Positions 12,446-25,105 of a DNA stretch of 64,000 bases are shown piece by piece. The translations under genes and the position numbers were made by a program. Location: the NCBI RefSeq assembly GCF_018977255.1, contig NW_024704742.1, forward strand, positions 58,778,001 to 58,842,000, in the 5' to 3' direction. Position 1 is the first letter of the stretch. The number at the start of each line of letters is the position of its first letter. The notes beneath the pieces were generated by a model, which was not told the DNA's origin, did not search any database, and worked only from the letters and a program-made list of their open reading frames with translations. The stretch comes from Callorhinchus milii (lineage: Eukaryota).

Positions 12446-12709
12446 TTACTTTACTGTCTGCGAAGTCTAAGCCTGAATCACTGGTGGCTTTGGCCCCAAC
12501 TACTGTAGGGTAAGGACTGGGAGTTCACACGTGACAATGAGACGATGGAATTTTGTCTTATGCAATAATCATCACATCACGTTGCGATTTTCACCCTGAT
12601 AATTTCTCGGACTGGATTGGAGAACTTTTGAAAAAAGTTATTTCTGTAGCACTTCAAAGGCCAAATTGGTTATAATTGGTTGACTTTAAGGCTCAAATTT
12701 TATTTTGTC

Positions 12710-13285
12710 GGCTTGACTACTACAACTGCCTGCTCATTGGACTTCCCAACTCTTCCCTCCAGAAGCTGGAGATTATTCAGAACTCTGCAGCTCGTGTCCT
12801 CTCCCGCTCCAGGCTCTGGGAACCTATCACTCCCGTTCTTGCCTGGCTTCACTGACTGTCCATTTCTCAGAGAAATCGAGTACAAAACCCTCACTCTTAC
12901 CTTCAAGGCCCTCCATGGTCTTGCTCCCCCCTACTTCTCTGACCTTGTAATCCCATATCAGCTGACCGCTCCCTCCACTCAGTGGACACAGGCTGCTTCA
13001 GGTCCCCCGTACCACCATTGGCGGTCGGGCATTCAGCATCTCTGCCCCTACATTCTGGAACTCTATCCCACAATCCTTCTGTCTCACTCTCTTTCTTGCC
13101 TCCTTCAAGTCCCATCTAAAGACCTTCCTCTTCGACCGTGCCTTCAGCCACCCTCCCACCTCCATCCCCCTGCTCTTCTCCCCTTCTGACTCCCAGCTCG
13201 GGTCCAAAACCCCTGATTGTCCAGCGCCCTGGGACGCCTTTCCGACCTGAAGGATGGTATACAAGTGTAATTTGTTGTTGTTGAT
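12710..13285 (+). mobile_element. L2 LINE 3' fragment
   Basis: Frameshifted RLDYYNCLLIGLP..IIQNSAARVL..IEYKTLTLTFKALHGLAPPY, followed by the L2 tail with (TTG)n. Confidence 0.9.
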
Positions 13286-13969
13286 GTTCTGTCTGCAACA
13301 TTGTAAAAACACTTTCATGATGGATTTACTGTCGGCCTTCAATTATGTAAGAGGTTAAATGATAAATTTGATGTGGCTAGTTATGTGACCTCTTGTAGAT
13401 GTATCCATGTAATAATTCCTGATATTATTGTACTGTTATTGGACGCTATATTGTATATTTTGTGAAGCACTTTGAGACATCTCAAAGACTAGATGAGGTG
13501 CTATATCAAATGCAAGGATTATTATTTTTTAACAGAACAATCAAAATACACAGAAATATGTTTCTGTTTCCCCCTCCATTGACTCTGTTTTCATGGCACT
13601 TTCAGACAATCTTTGTACAGTAGCTGTTTTTCTGTGTTGGCTTGACTCCTTCTCCAGTTTATAATGAGTGTCAGAGGGCACTGGCACTTAAATGAGGGTC
13701 TGCCCCTTATGTCAAACGTCACTTGGTATCTCAACTAACATTGAGGTGCGTCTGAGGGGCACAGACAAACACAAATCAATTATCATTGAATCTGACAACC
13801 GATTGCAACTATAAAGGAACCTTGAGATTTTGCCTCCTCCAAAAGGTTTGTATATATTCAACCAACAGAAAATGTGTTCAAATTGCGAACAACACATTGA
13901 TATAAGTAGTTTTCCTGAAATTAACCTTTGTGGTCCTGAGACTTCCCAGGAGCAAGAAGATCCAAGGTG

Positions 13970-14435
13970 GTAATAATGATAATCCTTGCATTTGATATAA
14001 CACTTTTTGACATCATCAAATCGCATCAAAGCAATTCACAGGATTTTACTGTAAATTGTAGTGACTATAATAATAATAATATCCTTGCATTTGATATAGC
14101 GCTTTTCACGTCATTTGTGACGTGTGTATTTGTTGGTGAATGTGGCAGCCAAATTGTGCACAGCAATGTCCCACAAACAGCAATGAAGTGATAGACCAAT
14201 TTTGTTTGAGATTGTTGGCTAGGACACCAGGAGAAACCCTCTTCTCTTTTAGAATAGTGCCATGATCTTTAACATCCACCTGAACAGGCAGACAAAATCT
14301 AGGTATAACATCTCATTTGAAGGACAGCACCCTCAACAATTCCCTAACCCTCAAGCTGAGGACATTTGAGTTCAATGTGGGGCCTGAACCCACCACCTTT
14401 TAATTCAGAGACAATTGTGCTACCAACTGAGCCAG
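13970..14435 (-). mobile_element. Deu-domain SINE with a nested tail-only SINE insertion (~14069-14116)
   Basis: Two reverse tails; Deu core GATCTTTAACATCCACCTGAACAGGCAGAC; reverse head TACCAACTGAGCCAGG. Confidence 0.85.
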
Positions 14436-15084
14436 GTTGACATTTACTCTCACACTCAAATAATCCACTGAAACACCACTGTTTGATAGGTGAAGAATGA
14501 CAGATGGGACGCAGTACTGGAGAGCTGCTGGCTCCCATTCTCACTCATTTAGTGCACTCAGGAGAGAGAAAATGGGAAAGATCCTGCAGACCATTAAGAA
14601 AGAGGTTAAACCGACAGCAGGGCAGTGTGGAGGGAAATTGTAGTGAAAGTTTTCTTGTTTATCAATCAAGACAGATCATCATTTACTCCTGCTAACGTGG
14701 AGTGTCTGTATGGGATTTTTGGTCTCCTCTAAACTAGTTCTTTCTTACAGAATACAGCCAGTGGTATCATATTGATCAATTGATAGTGGCAATCCTAATG
14801 GGATATACAGATGTCTGCCTTCATTGCCTACTACAACCTGGTCAAGATCTGATCAAGGAGACAGAAATCTAAGGTTTTCTGCCATGCAAATCCTTTATTC
14901 AGTCTTGAATCTGTGCATTTAATGCAAAACTGTTGTCTTTCAATCAGACAGGGGAGTAAGGTCAAGTGACCCGTAAAAAACAACTGACCTGCACTTCATG
15001 AAGTTAAACTTAAATTCCACAAAAATAATCTACATTTATTGTTGATGAACTCCATAAACTACAAACCTCTGCTGCCTGTGTCTT

Positions 15085-15280
15085 CACAGGCATCAAACCC
15101 CACATGCCCATCCGCCCAGTTCTTGCCAGACTCCACTGCCTCCATTTTTTATTTTTAAATGGGTTTCAAAATAGCTCAGTTACATTCGTTTTATGATTCT
15201 TTTTGTACCAGGACCTTGGAACGTCCTCTTGATGTTAAAGGCACTATATAAATGCAATTTGTTGTTGTTATTTGTTGTTG
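15085..15280 (+). mobile_element. L2 remnants
   Basis: CCCAGTTCTTGCCAGACTCCACTG (PVLARLHW-like) and tail CCTTGGAACGTCCTCTTGATGTTAAAGGCACTATATAAATGCAATTTGTTGTTG. Confidence 0.65.
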
Positions 15281-15324
15281 TTCCAGGTTCGTCTACCAGA
15301 CTTAGCTCAGCTATAGAGTAGGTT

Positions 15325-15690
15325 GGCAGTCATATGCCGAACTTTCACCCACAAAATACAGAGTCAATCCAATTTACAGTATATCCTGTGAAGTTTTGAG
15401 ATGTGCTCCCAACATAAAAGCACAATATGAAATATAGGGGTTATTATTTATTACTCCCATTTTTCAGGTATGTATACATGGTTTTACCATGTATACATGG
15501 TTTTACCAAAATGTACCAAGATTTTCAGAGATGTAAGTGGAAGCTTCGGTGCCTCTGACGTTGAGTAGAATTATAATAATAATCCTTGCATTTGATATAG
15601 CGCCTCATTCGAGTCGTCCCAACATCCTTCACAGATTATACTGTCTCAACAACGTGATAAGGCGCAAAATCAAATCCAAGGATTATTTAT
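15325..15690. mobile_element. Cluster of SINE tails (+, -, +) around a duplicated unique spacer
   Basis: Forward tail to ~15450, reverse tail 15570-15640, forward tail 15640-15690. The spacer is homologous to 4690-4790. Confidence 0.75.
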
Positions 15691-16509
15691 TATATGGCGT
15701 TTCAGTGTCTGCAATGAGCAAGACAACGTGTTAACTTACCCATTATCTTGTTCAGTATCATGCACTAGATCTAGAGTTTAAAGTAACATATGCCTACCCC
15801 TTCTTCATGTGTCTGATACTGCACTGAGTTGCCAAAGAAGGTACCATTTAAACAAAACGATCCAACAAAATGGACTGAAAAAAAAGTTATACCCCAAGGA
15901 GGCGAATATGAGTGCATGCCCACGATTACAGAAATAAAAGCAAAGATAAGCAGACTACAAATGATTGTTAAAAGGCAGAGGAAATGTCCCTGAATCTACC
16001 AAATGTTGGATCCAAAAACAGCAGCTGTCATATCACTGATGATGTGCCCAAAACAATCAACTTTTAGTGAAATAATTAAACTTGCAAAATAAATGTCTAA
16101 TAATCTTTAATCATGGCTGACAAGAAGCATTCAGCAATAATGGAAAGAATGGCATTGAATCATTACATTATCAAGTACAGCTATTAATTGCTCTGAGAAA
16201 TGCAGTACAGGGCAATCCATCTTGATATCTATCGATTGCGAGGAAGTCCACTACTGTATTTTACAAAGGGCATATTGATTAGGTCCTGCACTACAATTTC
16301 TACGATAATAACTGACAGTAACTTTATGATCTTGCCATTTTCTTTCACGATGAAATGAGATTCAGTTGGAACAAAAAGCAGGAAAGTGGAACGGTTTGAT
16401 TCTGTTAGATCGCAGTATGTTGTTTGAACTATTCTTTCCGCGGCTGATTAAAAACCATCCGGGGATGTTGAGGGGGGAGAGTTGCTACAGAAATCCCTCC
16501 CTTCTCAGC

Positions 16510-16573
16510 CCATTGTGACATCCTCCCGATGTGAAAGGCACTATACAAATGTAATGTGTTCTTGTTGTTGTTG
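16510..16573 (+). mobile_element. L2 3' tail only
   Basis: GACATCCTCCCGATGTGAAAGGCACTATACAAATGTAATG..TTGTTGTTG. Confidence 0.8.
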
Positions 16574-17164
16574 CTCCTCCAAGGTTATTTGAAGTGCTTT
16601 TCTGTCAAGCCACACAGGGTGCAAGGATGAGATCAATGGTTCGGAGCCCGAGGCTACTGTGTTAAAGTATACCTCGCCAATAAAAAGAACGAGCATAGTT
16701 GCACTATATGAAAATGCTCAGAGGTGGTATATGTGAAAACCGAGATTCCTTCCCGACCCCTATTTACTGGAATTGGGTTATGCTCTGGGTCACTCTCACA
16801 CAAAGAATATAATCACTCTAAACTGCTTTTGGATCTCGCCTCTCGAATACCAGATTTACACTGCGACGATTAAGCAGACTGCAATTTAAACAAGACCACA
16901 ACTCACTTCTCACACACAGATTTTTTTTTGGTTTGAGCTATGCATGGACACAAGGGCATTGCATTTCTGCCACTTACAGAAAGCAATGCCCGGCATTAAG
17001 TGGGTCTCCTTGGAGCTGAACGTGACATATTGGCAATGAAGTGTCAGAATTGAGCCAACCAACTGTGGCAGTGACGGCAGTCCAGTTCCTAAACCAGGCA
17101 GGTCCGCAGTAATACAGGGCACCGCTGATGACACCTCAGCCAGGCTGGCTCATCGGCAGGACTT

Positions 17165-17436
17165 GGAAGGGCAGACCAGTCAGCCTTTCCTTCAGTCTTT
17201 CTGCCTTTACCCTCTGGAACTCCATCTCAGAGCTCTGTCCCTTATCTTGCCTCTTTCAAGGTCTGTCTTAAGACCTTCCTCTTCGACTGTGCCTTCGGTC
17301 ATCCTCCCACCTTCACACCCCTTTGCCCTTCAGCCCTCTCGACGCCAACCCCCAGCTCAGGTGCAAACCCTTCACTGTCTACTGTCTTGGGACATCCTCC
17401 TGATGTGAAAGGGCTTATATAAATGTAATTTGTTGC
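17165..17436 (+). mobile_element. L2 3' fragment
   Basis: CTCTGGAACTCCATC..TTCAAGG..AAGACCTTCCTCTTCGACTGTGCCTTC plus tail. Confidence 0.85.
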
Positions 17437-17451
17437 TAGTCCAAACCCAAA

Positions 17452-17770
17452 CCCTAATTGGACAAGTAGCATGAAAGCTTATCAGGAAATGCACTCAACG
17501 ACAAGCTATGCGGTTTTATCTGGTTAGATGCCAGCAGTATCTCAATGCACATTTTAAGGTCCCCAAGCCTTGGCTCTTGCCAACCTGCCTTAATACTTTC
17601 CGGAATTAGTCAAGCAGGATACATCCCTCCAGGGAGAGAGTGTGCATTCCATTCCAATAACCGTCTGAAATTTCCATGTGTAGGTCGGATACATGGAATT
17701 CCCAGTTTGGTTTGGATACTCTTGAGCATGATGATCAGTTTCCACCTCAGACTCCAGCTGACCAAAAAAA
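17452..17770 (+). repeat. Unclassified palindrome-rich repeat, copy 2 (~320 bp)
   Basis: Collinear with 18652-18961 from CCTA..TGGACAAG.AGCA.GAAGCT to CAGAC..GCTGACC-AAAAAA. Confidence 0.8.
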
Positions 17771-18651
17771 TTAAGGGGTGCACAGATGGAAGTGATAATT
17801 ACACGTCTAAACTTGTATTTTTTACAGACTCCTGACAGTCGTGATGTGACGCCTCTGATCAGCGTTTCACTCTATTATATATTCGTTTTAACTCAATGCT
17901 GCCTCAAGCACCAGAGAAAGATCAGTCCAGTATTCCTTAAAAAACACTTCTATTTCTATTACTGGACTGATTATTTAGTTGCATTTAAAGAGATCCTTAA
18001 TGGATAGTGCAGTAGCATTGCTGGAAGGTGCATTAGTTGTGAACCATAGATAGCCCCGTGTCTAATTTATATTGTACTGTGCTTTTCAAGCTGAACAGCC
18101 ATAGTATAAAAAAGAGGCCCTAAAATTTCTCTTTTCTTTAGCTCTGGATCATTGCTGTAAAACCTAATAGTATCATGCAGAATTTTGAAAAAATTTACAA
18201 TTCAGTCTTAATTTAGAAGCTGGTGTGTCATTTTCCCAAATTCTGCAGAATAGTAGATTTTTGGGAAAAGGAAAAGACCATGGGAACTTTGTGGCTTCCC
18301 TACAAATTCCAAAGGCCATTCACGCAGTGCTTCAGAGTTAGGGTGATGAATATTTATTCAATACGTTATGTAACAGTGCTGAACATAGACAGCTGGCATT
18401 GATTTACCAGAACAAGACCTAAGTATTGTGTATAACAATCATAACAAGTGTGCAATTAACATCCTAAATCCTGGTTGTGAGGTGGAAAATTCTTCAAAGT
18501 CTAATGCTGAGGACGTCTATAAGCCCTGTGTTATCATTCATATTCTTGAGTTCTATTGTTCAGTGTGCATTACCTACAGTACGCTTCTCTTTACTGGGGT
18601 TCACTCAGCTCCGATTAACCCTGAAAACCAAAGAACTAACGAGTAGGGTGG

Positions 18652-18961
18652 TCCTAGCTGGACAAGCAGCAGGAAGCTCGCAAGACAGTGCTTTCAATTC
18701 CATGCTATGCCGTTTTTAGCTGTTTAAACTCTAGCGGTACCCCAACCATGCTCTGAGTACCTCAAGCATTAAGTGCCAACCTGCACTTAATACTCTCCAG
18801 AATTAGGTAAAGCAGGGTGTGTTCCTACAGGAAAAGTGTGCACATTGTATTCCAGACATGGAAATGTTCTTGTGTATGTAGCGTACCTGGCCTGTTTGGA
18901 TACTGTTAAGCATGGTGATGGATTTCTGCATGTGTCAGACACTTGGCTGACCACCAAAAAA
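18652..18961 (+). repeat. Unclassified palindrome-rich repeat, copy 3
   Basis: TGCCAACCTGCACTTAATACTCTCCAGAATTAGGTAAAGCAGG..GTTTGGATACTGTTAAGCATGGTGATGGATTTCTGCATGTGTCAGAC. Confidence 0.8.
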
Positions 18962-20369
18962 GTTTAGAGAAAATTGGTGACTATCGTTAACAATACTCTT
19001 CCCCATGCATCCATTTCTTCTCCTGCTTCGATATGTCTTATAAACAAGAGCCAGACAAACAGTTAAGAGTATAGCCAAACTAAAGGCTGTAGAACTTGTA
19101 AAATGGATTGATTTGGTTTGTTGGAACAGTAGCACAATGATCTATAATGCCTGTAGGATGTCTGAGTGTTATATCATTACTCCCTGATGTGACAGTTGTG
19201 GAGCCTGGGTGAGAGCTCGATAAGACAACGGCATGTAGGAAGCAGTACCAGCAACTAGTGCTATTTATACTTGTATCAGAAATACAAGGAGTCAGACTAA
19301 CATCTCACAATAGATTCGAGAGTGAAGGGAAGTTTGTTAAAATCACCTCAACCCCTAGACTTGTTACTGTCTTACAACACACTACAGGGTATTCTTCACA
19401 ACATGCAGTAACAAAGTGATTTTCTCACCTTGTTCTATTTTCTTGCTGGCAGGGGTGACAAGACATCAAATGTCCATGATGGAAATCACACAATACAAGG
19501 ATATATTTTACTGACTGGCACAGAAACTCAGAAAGTGCTACTGTCCTCAACTACACTGCTCATTAACTCATTAAATCATTAAATTGTAAATAGTCATCAT
19601 CTATTAAGCGCTCCGAGATACTACCCCATGTGAACGGCGCTACATAAATGCAAGTTGTTATCTAGAAAGTACCATGAACCTGTAAGAGAGATGTTTCCAC
19701 TTTTCTATCGAATGCCACGTCCATGTTGGCACACAAGGTAAGATAGTAGTCACTGTGGTAATACAATTCATTGAAGGTGTGTTTCATAACTAGAGAGGAA
19801 GCAATTTAGACTATCAGAACTCCTCTCACAATGTAATGATATTGAAAGGCTCACGCTCACATCTCCTTATTAATCAATGATATCACTTCAACTGGGTGAC
19901 TTCACAGAGTGGCAGATATTAATCAACATCCCTCTCTCCCACCAAAAACCAAGATTCCAGTCACATGAATTATTTTGTCTCCATTTCACAAGGTGACCGT
20001 CTTTTTATAAGAAAAAAGCTTTATTGATCGGGTGCAGTATTTTTAATGAATAAAATAATTTTAAATCGGGGTCATCTCGAGAGAGCAACAAAAGCAATCT
20101 TTTGCTGAGCCTCTTCTATTCCCGGAAGGGCAATTCAAAATATGATAAAAATTGATGTCTATATTACATGAAGATGATACAGGGAGCACCAGCATCTACC
20201 TCCCACTCTCAAAACATTATTTTGCAAATGGTGACATTTATACATGGTCCCTAAGAGAAGGTAGTGCTTAACCACTGGTTCCTTTAGCCCTGCAAAGCAA
20301 AACCCTGCAAAGCATTGATTGAATTTGCCACTCTTTCAGCATTTGTGTTCCTTGGATGCCCCAGTATCA

Positions 20370-20790
20370 TGGCCAACCATCCCCAGATTCAATTGCTCAT
20401 TCAGTTCATGTCTGTTTGTGGGACATTGCTGTGCACAAGTTGACTGCCACATTCACCTACAAATGAAACAGTAACCACGGTTAACAATAAAATCCTGTGA
20501 AGGGCATTGAGATGTCCTCTCTATGTGAAAGGTACAACATAAATCTAAATTGTATTGAATATTAACTTCAAGGACTATTATTTATTATCACATTATATAA
20601 TAATAATAATCCTTGAATGTGACCCAGTGCATCTAACATCAAAGCATCTCAAAGTGCTTCAAGTATAGTGACTGTGTACTCGTAGGCAACTATTGCAGCT
20701 ATTTTAGCAGCAAGGTCCCAAAACTAGCTGCAGAGTAAATGACCAATTTATCTATAGAATTACTGGGCACGACACCAAGAGAAATTCCTG
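20370..20790. mobile_element. Two degraded SINE 3' halves, tail-to-tail
   Basis: Forward CTGTTTGTGGGACATTGCTGTGCAC..GGACTATTATT (to ~20590), then reverse TAATAATAATCCTTGAATG..GTCCCAAAAC. Confidence 0.7.
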
Positions 20791-21698
20791 CACTGCACCA
20801 TAATACAATCACGATACAGCAGCCAGTGTCAGCCGGGAATGTCAGAGAACATTTTTACTTTGGGATCGGAGGGAACAGAATTCAAATTATTTTGTTACAC
20901 ATCTAAAGTGTTGCAGATATGAAGTTTCTCCCATTCTTCAGAATCTACTTCTTTCACAGAAAATGACATCCAGAAGTCTGTCCAAATCAATAGCAACAAA
21001 AGTAAACGCGCGGAAAGAGATGCCAGTGACAGTTTTAGTGTTCAGTGGTGAGTCAGCTTTGAGTGACTGGAAAGCTAAAGACAAGGAGACAGTACATTAG
21101 CTTCTGCTGTTCCATAGCGCTGAAAATGAGTTTCAGCAGATTGCACAAAACTTAACGTGCCATAAAGCAAAGGTATTTTGTTAAGTGGAAGTATCTGCGG
21201 CAGCAGATTTCAGCAGTGCCTGTACATAACAGAAAATTACCCTGCAGCACCGGGGGATTGCTTGGTCTCCAGGGCTCACACAAAGCACCCGGGTCCATTG
21301 AAGCTGTGCTAACTAGCATCATGTGGCCCCTTATTGATGGCGACAGTATTATCTCAGCAATGGGTGATGGTGGCATAAGACAATCTTATTGAGATGTAAA
21401 CTGCAAACATGGGATTTGCAATTTGCTAGTGTAAATTGAATTCTGATTAAATCTGCAGCGAAACAAAAGGAAGAAAGGGCAATTTGGAAAATTAGATCAA
21501 AATCCAGTTACTTCACACTGTTTGCTTGAACATGTTTAATCTCAGCAGTGGTGCACTTAAGTGAATCGTTGTATCAAGGAATGTAACAGTCAATTCGGTG
21601 GAAGCTTGTTACACGCTTTAGTGCTCAACTTTTAAGCAGAATGGAGAGCAATCCCAGGTTACAGATCTACCAAAAACTTGTGCTCTAACAATACTATA

Positions 21699-22008
21699 TA
21701 ATAATAATCCTTGCATTTGATTATAGCGCTTTACATGTTTTCTCTACGTCTCAAAGCGCTTCACAGAATAGACTGTAAAGTGAATTGACCGTATATTTGT
21801 GGGCGAAACGCGGCAGCCAATTGGCACAGTAGTGTCCCACAAATAATCGTGGATTGAAAATGACCAATTTTTTATTATTGTTTTGTTTGGAGGGATTATT
21901 ATTAGGCTTGTGGAGTAAGGAAACTTGCGGAGGTTTCGCCCTGTCTGGAATTGAACTCAAGTGTCTCGCTTGCAAAGCGAGTGCTCTAACTACTGAGCTA
22001 CAGGACTC
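21699..22008 (-). mobile_element. tRNA-Ala-derived SINE, short subtype, full length
   Basis: Reverse head GAGTCCTGTAGCTCAGTAGTTAGAGCACTCGCTTTGCAAGCGAG..GAGTTCAATTCC and (TTA)n tail. Confidence 0.93.
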
Positions 22009-22104
22009 TACTGTCCTTTGAATGCTTTTCACTGTAACTAAACAGAGTCAAAAACCTTCTTTAATCCAAGGCCATTCTGGAGGCCTAAAATAACCCTGAA
22101 GTTC

Positions 22105-22176
22105 TATTCTGTGAAGTGTTTAGACATCTCGACGATGCGATAAGGCGCTATATCAAATGCAAGTATTATTATTATT
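22105..22176 (+). mobile_element. Tail-only SINE insertion
   Basis: CTGTGAAGTGTTTAGACATCTCGACGATGCGATAAGGCGCTATATCAAATGCAAGTATTATTATT. Confidence 0.8.
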
Positions 22177-22442
22177 AATATTAATCTCCACCACCCATCA
22201 CCTCCTCCACATGCCCTCTCAAGCACCTTCGATCCTTACATTGAACGACAAGTGCAAAGAGGTCCTGGACTTCTTCATGTCATTTTTAAGCATGATGAGA
22301 CACTGCCTGCATGAAGGTTGCTATATACATGCAAGTTATTGTTGTAAGCAAAATCAAAGTCCCACAAAGCGTTTGTTGGATATTATCAATTAATTCACTT
22401 CAACCCTGCTTTCCCTCTGACTGCGGTTATGTGAAAACCATT

Positions 22443-22592
22443 CTGTGGTGTAAATGGGACTGAATTCCACAGCACGAGTAGTCCAGAATATAAAACAAAC
22501 ATCTTAAGCCTGTTTCTCTCTCCATATGGCCATGTGGAATCCATCCTGTGGCCGTGTGGAATCCACCCTGTGGTGTAAATGGGGCTGAATTC
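22443..22592 (+). repeat. Local direct repeats (25-bp pair plus 22-bp tandem)
   Basis: CTGTGGTGTAAATGGG(A/G)CTGAATTC at 22443 and 22568; TGGCC(A/G)TGTGGAATCCA(T/C)CCTG twice at 22527-22570. Confidence 0.9.
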
Positions 22593-23639
22593 TAGTGTAT
22601 TACAGAACAGCTTCTACTTGAATCTGCTCCACAATATAAAGACAGCACAAGACGTACCTCTGTCCTCCAAGGGTTTCCAGTAATTTAATTAGGCTGTTAA
22701 TAGCTTCTGCAGAGTAACTGTTCCATCTGGATTTAGATTTGCTTTCAACGGACCAGAGAGGAAAGTGCCTGTCTAGACCTGCAGTGTCTCCAACCGTAGT
22801 AGAAAAGCTGAGAAGAAACTGTTTGCAGGTCAAGATAAGAGTGAAATGAATCAAGTCCTCGTAAGAATGAACTAATCTTTGTTGACAAACTGTGAATTAG
22901 TAGACAGTCTGTTACTGGCACTTTTTAATTATCCGGTCTCAGAAGTGTTACTGAAACCTGGAACACTTTATTGCTCCATCATTAACAGAAGAGGTGATTT
23001 CTTTTCACTTTCATATCCTATGACCAGGCATCTCAAGAGAGAGAGGCATTGGCAGGATCTCAGAGGCAGACAGGCAAGCAGGCAACCTGGCCCATCAGAA
23101 GGGCAACAATATTCCGTAGAGCATTCAAACAGGCCCATCAGGGAGATTAACCAGCTGCTTCAGGGAGAATGGAGAGTGCGTCAAGGAGATGCATTTCGAC
23201 CTGACCACACACTGGCATTCTTCCCGAGCCAGCACCGCACCCACACAAGAGTAGTTCCTAACAAGGGGTGACTTTTAAAGTTGAAAGAAACTCTGGTGGC
23301 TGTTGTATTGGAACTCCCATGAGGATTAAATAAGAGCAGACTGTCTAGTCAGCTGCTTTCAATTGTTAAAAATTTCAGTGAGCAGCACTGAGCACTGGTC
23401 TGCGTGGCTCCTGCTTTTAGCAGTGAGAAAATAAGAGTTCACATCACATTTCGTGAATGTCATGAAAAAGTAACATTAACATAAGTGTTTTCCCATTTGT
23501 GTTTTTTTGTATGCATTTCCTCCTTTCCTTGCTTTTCTCTGTCATGTATGTGTAGCCCCCCCACCCCTACCCCACTCACTTCCTCCCCTTTCTCCCTCTC
23601 TCTCTCTCTCTTTGGTGAGTGTTTTCTCTATTCTCACTA

Positions 23640-23900
23640 TGGAATATGTAACTCATGCTTGCTACATGTCCCTTTGCACTCTCCATGCCACCATCACAGT
23701 TGAGCCATCACCTTCCATGCCCCTAATATGTGGAACTCCCTCCCTCTACCCTCCATCTCGATCCCACTCTGCCTTTGTCTTATCTTAAAGCCTAGATCTT
23801 TAATCGCACCAGCCTCTCTCCCTGCTCATTGATCAGTGCCTAACCGATCTCTGTGGGTTACCCAACGTGAAACGAGCTATATAACTGCAAGTTGTTATGT
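23640..23900 (+). mobile_element. Highly degraded L2 3' fragment
   Basis: TGTGGAACTCCCTCCCTC and CCCAACGTGAAACGAGCTATATAACTGCAAGTTGTT. Confidence 0.6.
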
Positions 23901-24674
23901 ATGTTTCCCCATTTCTCTTCATTATACATCTCTTATACTTTCAATCTTCTCTCTGGTGTCTGCACCTTTACCCCTTGTTGTCTCTCTCTCTCTGGTGTAT
24001 GTATTATGTGTTCAGGCTGTCGTCAGTCAAGGTGATCTGGAATGTTCCTCAATAAATCGAAAGAGCTGTAATGGATAAATTACACATAGCAACTGGTGGG
24101 AGGAGGGGGAAACCAAAGATTAAGAGGAGTGGGAGGAAAATAAAAGAGAACATTTGATGTAAAGTATCCTCATCATAAATGTAACAAGAATTCCTTGTGC
24201 ATTTGAGGCCCAATTACAGCATCTTTACGTTATTAATGTCAAGCCCCTTGCAGACTTGCTTATGTTACCAATGAAGACAAAATTACCAAAAAGGGAAGGA
24301 AAATAGGCCAAGACCGTGAATGACAAATTACAGGCCTTCAAATAAATCAGGCAGCACAAGGTATATCACTTTTCCTACTCCAAAATAAAAAAAAGAGATT
24401 GAACTACAAAGAAGGGAGCTTGTGGTAGCCACAATGGCATTTTTAGCTGATGTTCTGGAAGCCCACATTAAAATTTTCAACAACTGACCCATTTTTTAAT
24501 TTCTCTGATTACCGTATTTGATTCAATTAATTTTGAGATGATTTAAATGCTATTCTCCACTTGGAGGTGTTTGTGTTTCTTCATCTGCTCCAGGGAAATT
24601 GTACTACTCTGACTGGCTTCCCAGCTCAGATCAGCGAACTCAGCAAAGAATGATGAAAAGAATGATGATGATGA

Positions 24675-25105
24675 CAATAATAATACTTGCATTTGATACA
24701 GCACCTTTCCCATCCATCAGGATGATGTCTCAAAGTACTTCATAGGACATACTATAGACGCGTATGTTTGCTGGCAAACTCGGCAGCCAATTTTGCTGAC
24801 AGCAGTGTCTTACAAACAACTATGCAGTGAGTGATCAATCTTATCTGGGGACTGTTGGCAAGGATACTGGAAGAAACTCCCTTCTTTTCTTGAATAGTGC
24901 CAGAGGATCTTTAACATCCACCTGATCAGGCAGAAAGGGCAGGAACTGGGTTTAACATCTCAACATGTGAAGGACCCTGACAATGCAGCAAACGTTCCGT
25001 GCTTTATATAGGTCGTCAGCTGTGAGTTCAAAGACTTAATGCAGAGCTTGAACCCACAACCTTCTGACTCCAGAGGTGAGAGTGCTATCAAATGAGCCAG
25101 GCTGG
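24675..25105 (-). mobile_element. Deu-domain SINE, near full length
   Basis: Reverse tail, GGATCTTTAACATCCACCTG core and reverse head CTTGAACCCACAACCTTCTGACTCCAGAGG..TGAGCCAGG. Confidence 0.88.

Noticed and set aside
21103..21125. REST/NRSE-like motif
   Set aside because: Several mismatches and altered spacing relative to TTCAGCACCACGGACAGCGCC.
22656..22780. Minus-strand open segment between CTGCAG and GTACGT
   Set aside because: Weak acceptor and no protein family resemblance.
22879..23271. 130-aa plus-strand ORF
   Set aside because: Non-ATG start, no domain similarity; length is compatible with chance in 64 kb.
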